From NCBI GenBank assembly GCA_017526905.1, contig JAFXQT010000090.1:6927-70926 (forward strand): a stretch of 64,000 nt of DNA, in the 5' to 3' direction. Positions 58,273 to 64,000 of the stretch are shown here, piece after piece. A program made the position numbers and the translations under genes. The notes under the pieces are model-generated. The model worked only from the letters and a program-made list of their open reading frames with translations, was not told the origin of the DNA and did no database searches. The DNA is from Bacteroidaceae bacterium. GTDB lineage: Bacteria > Bacteroidota > Bacteroidia > Bacteroidales > Bacteroidaceae. The stretch's first letter is position 1. Every line of letters starts with the position of its first letter.

Positions 58273-58720
58273 AGTCGCCTCCTTTCTCTGTTTCCAATGT
58301 CTGCTTGAGCTCTTTCAGCGCTTCGCGCGAGACGGTAAGCGTGTAGATGTCCTCAAAGCGTTTCGTCCGCTCCTGAGCCAGCGCCGTGGAGATATCCTTC
58401 AGCAGATACGGCCCAGCAAAAACCAACTTCTGCTCCGGCAGGTTGATCAGGTAGATGAAGCGTTTGTTCACGATGAGACTGCGCCCCACACGCACGAAAA
58501 AATTGTGTCGCAACTGGCGGAAATAACCCTCAAAGACGTGCAGTTGCATGGTGATCCTGTGCTTGCGGTTGTTGATAAGCACAATCTCAGAGTAGTTGCC
58601 ATCGGCCTTGACATAGACAATCTCGGTGGTGGCTACTCGCAGCAGTTCCGTTGACGAATATACCTTGAACCATTCCATATATGAAACTAACGTGTATCGG
58701 TGTGCTTTTATTGCCTCCAC
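58265..58720 (-). CDS. stand-alone LytTR-domain DNA-binding protein
   Basis: 151 aa. LytTR pattern (EIVYVKADGNYSEIVLINNRKHRITMQLHVFEGYF...FFVRVGRSLIVNKRFIYLINL). No receiver domain. The start is 3 nt after the upstream stop. Confidence 0.7.
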   Translation of the reverse strand: MEAIKAHRYTLVSYMEWFKVYSSTELLRVATTEIVYVKADGNYSEIVLINNRKHRITMQLHVFEGYFRQLRHNFFVRVGRSLIVNKRFIYLINLPEQKLVFAGPYLLKDISTALAQERTKRFEDIYTLTVSREALKELKQTLETEKGGDYE

Positions 58721-58723
58721 CCG

Positions 58724-60148
58724 TCAGAAAGCGACGCGTCCCAGCATCTGCGGTGCGATGATGGCGGCTGTGCCCTGCTGCTTGGGCCGCGTGTGGGCCA
58801 GCAACTGCTCCAGCAGGGGCAGCATGCGGTTGAGCCTGCCATAGCGTATCATGAAGTTCCAGAAGGGTTCGAACTTTTTCCAACCACCCGTGTACATGAG
58901 ATGCGCCAGGCGTTGTTGCAGGTTGTCATGCCCGAAGCTGGCTTTCAGGATGTTGCGCCAGGCGTAGAACTCGCGGTAGGCCCAATCATACCCTTCCTTC
59001 AGTTGCTCTGGCGTGAGGCTACGTGTCTTATACACCACCGTTCGGGTGTCATAGCGACTCCAGTCACGGCTGGTGATGCGCCCCTCACGCTCCATCTGCC
59101 GGAAGAGCCGCGTGCCAGGATAGGGCGTCAGGATGTGATAGGTGGCTGTAGTGATGCTGTGTTCTATGCCCCAGTCAACGGTGCGGCGGAACACATCTGG
59201 GTCGTCATGGTCCAGGCCGAACACGAAACTGCCGTTGATCATGATGCCCAGGCTGTGCAAGCGCTCCACAGCGGCCACGTAGTCCTTGGAGAGGTTCTGC
59301 AGTTTGTTGCTCGAGCGCAGATTCTCGGGCGAGAAGGTCTCGAAGCCGAGGAATACGCTGCGCAGTCCGGCTTCTGCTGCTTTCTCTATCAGATTGCCGT
59401 TCAGCACAGAGGCCACCGTGGCGGCGCTCTGGAACACGCGGCCCATGCCCCTCATCCCCTCAAACAGCGCGGTGGCAAAACGTGGGCTGCCCAGCAGGTG
59501 GTCATCGAGGAAATAGAGATGACGGCCTGGCAGGCGGTCGATCTCAGCCAGCGCATCGTCCACCCTTTGTGTATAGAAGGATTTGCCTTCGCCATAGAAA
59601 GCATCCTTATAGCAGAAGTCGCAGTGGTGAGGGCAGCCACGCGATACGACCAGCGAGTTTGGGACGAAGTATCGCTCGCGTTTGATTAGGTCGCGTCGAA
59701 CAGGCGGAATGTTCTCCAGCGAACGCCATCGTGCCACATAGCGCCGCTGTGGATGGCCCTCGCGCAGCTCCTGGACGAACCGCGGAAATGCTTCCTCGCC
59801 AGGCCCCAGCAGGATGGTGTCAGCATGAAGGGCGGCCTCATCCGGCAGCGCCGTGACATGGAGCCCGCCCATGGCCACATAGACACCGCGGCTGCGGTAG
59901 CTGTCGGCTATAGCGTACGCCCGATAGGCATTGGTCACATACACCTGAATACACACCAAGTCAGGCTCATCGTCCAGCGTCAGTGGCTCGACATGCTGGT
60001 CCTGGATCTCCACATCGTCGTCCTCGCTGAAATAGGCGGCCAGTGTTGCCAGCCCAAGCGGTGGGAAGAGCGCATACTTGATGGGGCGCCAGTATGGACT
60101 TTCGGCCTCTTGCAGTGCCGGCAGGATCATTTTCACTCTCATTGTCAT
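58724..60148 (-). CDS. B12-binding-domain radical SAM protein
   Basis: CxxxCxxC cluster motif (SRGCPHHCDFCYK). The N-terminal Rossmann-like region is typical of B12-binding rSAM enzymes (LGLATLAAYF...DLVCIQVY). Long helical C-terminal extension. Possible start codons at 60148, 60142 and 60130. The ORF is open to 60277. A TATCTTTG box lies at 60165-60172. Confidence 0.8.
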   Translation of the reverse strand: MTMRVKMILPALQEAESPYWRPIKYALFPPLGLATLAAYFSEDDDVEIQDQHVEPLTLDDEPDLVCIQVYVTNAYRAYAIADSYRSRGVYVAMGGLHVTALPDEAALHADTILLGPGEEAFPRFVQELREGHPQRRYVARWRSLENIPPVRRDLIKRERYFVPNSLVVSRGCPHHCDFCYKDAFYGEGKSFYTQRVDDALAEIDRLPGRHLYFLDDHLLGSPRFATALFEGMRGMGRVFQSAATVASVLNGNLIEKAAEAGLRSVFLGFETFSPENLRSSNKLQNLSKDYVAAVERLHSLGIMINGSFVFGLDHDDPDVFRRTVDWGIEHSITTATYHILTPYPGTRLFRQMEREGRITSRDWSRYDTRTVVYKTRSLTPEQLKEGYDWAYREFYAWRNILKASFGHDNLQQRLAHLMYTGGWKKFEPFWNFMIRYGRLNRMLPLLEQLLAHTRPKQQGTAAIIAPQMLGRVAF

Positions 60149-60295
60149 TTCTTTTTCTCCGATGCAAAGATAGGGAGAATACTGACATCGGCCTAAAGCG
60201 GAGAAGCACCATTGTACGAAAGCCCCCGTTTTTTGTATGAGTAGTGCATGTATCCGTCTGTTTGGCAATGAGCACATGGCCTCCTCTCAAGAACT

Positions 60296-60386
60296 CCCAC
60301 TTTAAATTCCTCTTTTACTCCCTCTTTAACTTCCCCTTTAACTCCCCTTTTAACTCCCTCTTTAACTCCCTCTTTAACTCCCCCTT
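60296..60386. repeat. ~12-nt tandem array CTTTAACTCCC(T)
   Basis: Seven to eight degenerate units between the radical-SAM promoter region and the carB terminator. Confidence 0.85.
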
Positions 60387-60388
60387 AA

Positions 60389-60422
60389 TAAAAAAGTGTG
60401 CCTCCCGTTGCAGGGGGCACAC
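60389..60422 (-). terminator. rho-independent terminator of carB
   Basis: Minus strand reads GTGTGCCCCCTGCAACGGGAGGCACAC followed by TTTTTTAT. Confidence 0.8.
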
Positions 60423-60495
60423 CTGTTCTTGCTTCATTGATCCTGGACCAATATCCTCTTGGCCACGTTTCCTATGGCCGTGCAGGCACTGGGCT

Positions 60496-63400
60496 TTAGG
60501 CCGTGTATTCCTGCCAGCTCTTGATCTTGATGTCGTCCTGGCCCATGGCCGTGAAGGCCTCGATGAAGGCTTTGGCCAGGCGGACGTTGGTCATGAGGGG
60601 GATGTTGTGGTCGATGGCGCCGCGGCGGATGCGGTAGCCATTGGTCAGCTCGCGGTTGGAGTGGTTCTTGGGCACGTTGACAATGAGCCCGAAGCGGTGC
60701 TGCGCCATCAGGTCCATCACACCAGGAGCGTCGGGAGTGGCCTGCTCGTCGGGCCAGGACACCTCGGTCACGGGCACGTTGTTCTCATTGAAGAAGCGTG
60801 CGGTGCCGTGTGTGGCGCAGATCTGATAGCCTTTCTTGACCAACTGGCGGGCGGGCTCCAGCAGGGCCACCTTGCCCTTGGCGCTACCCGACGAGATGAG
60901 GATGGCACTGCCGGCGGCGGGCAGGCGGTAGCCGGTGGCAATGAGGGCATTGAGCATGGCCTCGTGAAGGTCGTCGCCCAGACAGCCCACCTCGCCGGTG
61001 GAGCTCATATCCACGCCCAGCACGGGGTCGGCGTTCTGCAGACGTGCAAAGCTGAACTGGCTGGCCTTGACGCCGATGCGGTCGATGTCGAACTCGGAGC
61101 TGTCAGGGCGCGAGTAGGGTGCATCGAGCATGATGCGTGTGGCGGTTTCGATGAAGTTGCGCTTGAGTATCTTGGACACGAAGGGGAAGGAGCGGGATGC
61201 ACGCAGGTTGCACTCGATGACCTTCACCTCGCGGTTCTTGGCCAGGAACTGGATGTTGAAGGGGCCGCTGATGTTCAGCTCGACGGCTATCTTGCGCGCG
61301 ATCTTCTTAATTTGGCGGATGGTGGAGAAATAGATGTGCTGTGCGGGGAACACCATCGTGGCATCGCCTGAGTGCACACCGGCATACTCCACATGCTCGG
61401 AGATGGCATACTCCACGATATCGCCCTTGTCGGCCACGGCATCGAACTCAATCTCCTTGGTTTCCTGCATGAACTGGCTCACTACGACGGGGTATTCCTT
61501 GCTCACCTCAGTGGCCATCTGGAGGAAGCGCTCCAGCTCGTCGTAGTCGTAGCACACGTTCATGGCGGCACCGGAGAGCACGTAGGAGGGGCGCACCAAC
61601 ACGGGGAAGCCCACCTGCTGGACGAACTCCTTGATGTCGGCAAGCGAGGTGAGTGCGCGCCAGGCCGGCTGGTCGATGCCGAGCTTGTCGAGCATGGCGG
61701 AGAACTTGTCGCGGTTCTCGGCGCGGTCGATATCCACCGGCGATGTGCCCAGCACGGGCACGCCCTGACGATGCAACTTCATGGCCAGGTTGTTGGGGAT
61801 CTGTCCACCCACGCTGACCACCACGCCACGCGGCTGCTCAAGGTCGATGACATCGAGCACGCGTTCCATGGAGAGCTCGTCGAAGTAGAGACGGTCGCAC
61901 ATGTCATAGTCGGTGGAGACGGTCTCGGGGTTGTAGTTGATCATGATGCTCTTGTAGCCGAGCTTGCGGGCGGTGTTGATGGCATTGACCGAGCACCAGT
62001 CGAACTCGACGCTGGAGCCGATGCGGTAGGCACCACTGCCCAGCACCACCACGCTCTTGTCGTTGTGGTAGTAGGGGATGTCGTGCTGCATAGCCCCTGC
62101 GTCGGCAGCCGCCTGCACCTGCTGCCGCCACTCGGCGGGTGTGAGGGCATCGGCCATGGTGGGCTCCACCTGCGGCAGGTAGGTAAAGTAGAGGTAGTTG
62201 GTCAGTTCGGGATGCTCGCTGGCCACGGTGTTGATGCGCTTCACAGAGGGCAGGATGCCGCGCTGCTTGCGGTGCTGGCGCACGCGCAGGTTCTCGCGTT
62301 CCATGTTGGTGGCCTGCGGCTTGAGCACGAAGCGTGCTATCTGGAAGTCGCTGAAACCGGCTGCCTTCACCTCCTTCAGGAGTGTGTCGGGCAGGGCCTC
62401 AAGGGTGTCATATTGCATCAGTTCGTGCTTCAGCTGCACGATGTGGCGCAGCCGCTCAAGGAACCACACGTCGATCTTGGTGAGCTGCTCGATGCGCTCC
62501 ACGGTGTAGCCATCCTCCAGTGCCTGGGCGATGGCAAAGATGCGAAGGTCGGTGGGGTTCTGCAGTTCCTCGTCGAGGTTGTCGAAGCGCACGTGGTCGT
62601 TGCCCACGAACCCGTGCATGCCCTGCCCTATCATGCGCAGGCCCTTCTGGATCATCTCCTCGAACGAGCGGCCGATGCTCATGATCTCGCCGACGCTCTT
62701 CATGCTGGAACCGATCAGGCGGCTCACGCCCGAGAACTTGGTCAGGTCCCAACGCGGAATCTTGCAAATCATGTAGTCCAGCTGGGGTGCCACGTAGGCC
62801 GAGTTGGGGGTGCCCATCTCGCCGATCTGGTCCAGGGTGTAGCCCAGTGCAATCTTGGCTGCCACGAAGGCCAGTGGGTAACCGGTGGCCTTACTGGCCA
62901 GGGCGCTGGAACGGGAGAGGCGTGCATTCACCTCGATGATGCGATAGTCGTTGGTTTCGGCATTGAAGGCAAACTGGATGTTGCACTCGCCCACGATGCC
63001 CAAGTGGCGCACCGTGCGGATGGTGATTTGCTGCAGCATTTGCACCTGCTCCTGGGTGAACGAGCAGGTGGGTGCCACGACGATGCTCTCGCCGGTGTGG
63101 ATGCCAAGGGGGTCGAAATTCTCCATCGAGGCCACAGTGAAGCAGTGGTCGTTGGCATCGCGGATGCACTCAAACTCGATTTCTTTCCATCCCTTCAAGC
63201 TCTCCTCGACCAGAATTTGCGGGGCGAAGGTGAAGGCGCTGTCGGCCAACTCGCGGAAGGTGGTCTCGTCGGGGCAGATACCGCTGCCCAGACCGCCCAG
63301 GGCGTAGGCACTGCGAATCATCACGGGGAAGCCGATGCGGTGGGCGGCCTCCAAGGCCTGCTCCATGGTCTCGACGGCTTGGCTCACGGGCGTCTTCAGC

Positions 63401-63813
63401 TCGGCCTCGTCCAGTTTCTTGACGAAACGGTCGCGGTCCTCTGTGTCCATGATAGCCTCCACGCTGGTGCCCAGCACCTCTACGCCATATTCCTTAAGAA
63501 TGCCTTTCGTGTAGAGTTCGGTTCCGCAGTTCAACGCCGTCTGGCCGCCGAAAGCCAGCAGGATGCCGTCGGGGCGCTCCTTCTTAATGATTTCGGTGAC
63601 GAAATGGGTGGTGACGGGTTGGAAATAGACCGTGTCGGCAATGCCTTCGGAGGTCTGAATGGTAGCGATGTTGGGATTGACAAGGACGGAGCGAATGCCC
63701 TCCTCGCGCAAGGCCTTGAGAGCCTGGCTTCCAGAATAATCAAACTCACCGGCTTGTCCGATTTTCAATGCGCCCGAACCGAGCACGAGCACTTTCTTCA
63801 ATTGCTTCTTCAT
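60496..63813 (-). CDS. carB: carbamoyl-phosphate synthase large subunit (full length)
   Basis: ~1105 aa with both ATP-grasp halves (LGSGALKIGQAGEFDYSG and LGSGAYRIGSSVEFDW), an oligomerisation domain and an MGS-like C-terminal domain. I chose the start at 63813 (MKKQLKK). The ORF is open to 63873. Confidence 0.95.
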   Translation of the reverse strand: MKKQLKKVLVLGSGALKIGQAGEFDYSGSQALKALREEGIRSVLVNPNIATIQTSEGIADTVYFQPVTTHFVTEIIKKERPDGILLAFGGQTALNCGTELYTKGILKEYGVEVLGTSVEAIMDTEDRDRFVKKLDEAELKTPVSQAVETMEQALEAAHRIGFPVMIRSAYALGGLGSGICPDETTFRELADSAFTFAPQILVEESLKGWKEIEFECIRDANDHCFTVASMENFDPLGIHTGESIVVAPTCSFTQEQVQMLQQITIRTVRHLGIVGECNIQFAFNAETNDYRIIEVNARLSRSSALASKATGYPLAFVAAKIALGYTLDQIGEMGTPNSAYVAPQLDYMICKIPRWDLTKFSGVSRLIGSSMKSVGEIMSIGRSFEEMIQKGLRMIGQGMHGFVGNDHVRFDNLDEELQNPTDLRIFAIAQALEDGYTVERIEQLTKIDVWFLERLRHIVQLKHELMQYDTLEALPDTLLKEVKAAGFSDFQIARFVLKPQATNMERENLRVRQHRKQRGILPSVKRINTVASEHPELTNYLYFTYLPQVEPTMADALTPAEWRQQVQAAADAGAMQHDIPYYHNDKSVVVLGSGAYRIGSSVEFDWCSVNAINTARKLGYKSIMINYNPETVSTDYDMCDRLYFDELSMERVLDVIDLEQPRGVVVSVGGQIPNNLAMKLHRQGVPVLGTSPVDIDRAENRDKFSAMLDKLGIDQPAWRALTSLADIKEFVQQVGFPVLVRPSYVLSGAAMNVCYDYDELERFLQMATEVSKEYPVVVSQFMQETKEIEFDAVADKGDIVEYAISEHVEYAGVHSGDATMVFPAQHIYFSTIRQIKKIARKIAVELNISGPFNIQFLAKNREVKVIECNLRASRSFPFVSKILKRNFIETATRIMLDAPYSRPDSSEFDIDRIGVKASQFSFARLQNADPVLGVDMSSTGEVGCLGDDLHEAMLNALIATGYRLPAAGSAILISSGSAKGKVALLEPARQLVKKGYQICATHGTARFFNENNVPVTEVSWPDEQATPDAPGVMDLMAQHRFGLIVNVPKNHSNRELTNGYRIRRGAIDHNIPLMTNVRLAKAFIEAFTAMGQDDIKIKSWQEYTA

Positions 63814-63860
63814 AAGGGATAAGAACGAATATATGATAAGGTGTGTTTTATTCTGGGCTG

Positions 63861-63868
63861 CAAAGATA
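63861..63868 (-). promoter_or_regulatory. Bacteroidota -7 promoter box (TAnnTTTG)
   Basis: Minus strand reads TATCTTTG, ~48 nt upstream of the carB ATG at 63813. Confidence 0.6.
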
Positions 63869-64000
63869 GGCATTTCCTGTCAAGCCGCCTTACAATTTAG
63901 CATGTTTTTGCGTCGGAAACCACATTTCTTCCATTTTCTTTGGTCCTTTCGCTCAATTGTTGTAATTTTGACACGTCTTTTCCCTTTTAACTGCCGAAAA

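Noticed and set aside
61372-63822. 816-aa plus-strand ORF overlapping carB. Similar long antisense ORFs occur at 28679-30589, 43203-44447, 44457-45554, 45582-46730, 17961-19457, 49481-50635, 53026-53994, 54955-55875, 26152-27387 and 12180-13202.
   Set aside because: They are mirror ORFs opposite genes with unmistakable family motifs (CarB, GlmS, DapL, GS, permease and others). Their translations are low-complexity and rich in A, G, V, H, L and D, as expected for stop-poor antisense frames in GC-rich DNA.
1-64000. tRNA, rRNA, transposase, integrase, phage or known defence-system genes.
   Set aside because: A scan by eye found no T-loop/acceptor-type tRNA signatures and no rRNA-like segments. 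No ORFs carry transposase, integrase, Cas, restriction or toxin-domain motifs beyond the zeta-like gene. Absence by eye is weak evidence, so tRNAscan-SE, Infernal and ISEScan should be run.

Overview
High-GC Bacteroidota-type chromosomal segment. Support for this: TAnnTTTG -7 boxes ahead of most operons, T9SS C-terminal sorting domains, a type III glutamine synthetase and an LL-DAP aminotransferase. It looks Prevotella-like, but the species cannot be determined from the sequence. Content from left to right: (1) SNF2 helicase, trmD, a PHP phosphoesterase, and a zeta-toxin-like P-loop gene with an overlapping 51-codon partner. (2) A minus-strand MacB/FtsX-type ABC exporter operon: three A/B permease pairs (one pair fused), one ATPase, TolC and HlyD. 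It is preceded by a sigma54-type -24/-12 promoter with a tandem palindromic site, and followed by an NtrC-family response regulator and an intramembrane-type histidine kinase. (3) A ~23-kb divergent nitrogen/glutamine cluster: glnK-amtB-porin-pyrG-purF-glmS-asnB-carA::carB' in one direction and gltB-gltD-dapF-dapL-glnN in the other. (4) A decayed T9SS cargo gene. (5) A TPR histidine kinase and LuxR regulator, divergent from an LRR/Big2 T9SS protein. (6) An AraC regulator, a RibD_C reductase, a lipoprotein hydrolase and an Fe-ADH. (7) A tightly coupled radical-SAM / LytTR / membrane-protein trio. (8) A full-length carB. The most unusual signal is two families of short repeats rather than a gene cluster. 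The first is GC-rich palindromic elements whose arms resemble GGACTCTCCCCCCGCCCTCCC-loop-GGGAGGGAGC. They fill every intercistronic junction of the ABC operon, appear to supply start codons, and sit in-frame inside at least ten genes, including gltB, both sensor kinases and the sigma54 activator. The second is AT-rich arrays with a ~7-nt period in most short intergenic gaps, some of them also translated. Other unexplained structures are a 276-bp long palindrome, a 5 x 22-bp palindromic array behind a promoter with 11-bp-phased iterons, and paired palindromic operator candidates. No rRNA, tRNA or CRISPR was found by eye. All functional calls rest on motif recognition in the supplied translations, not on database searches.
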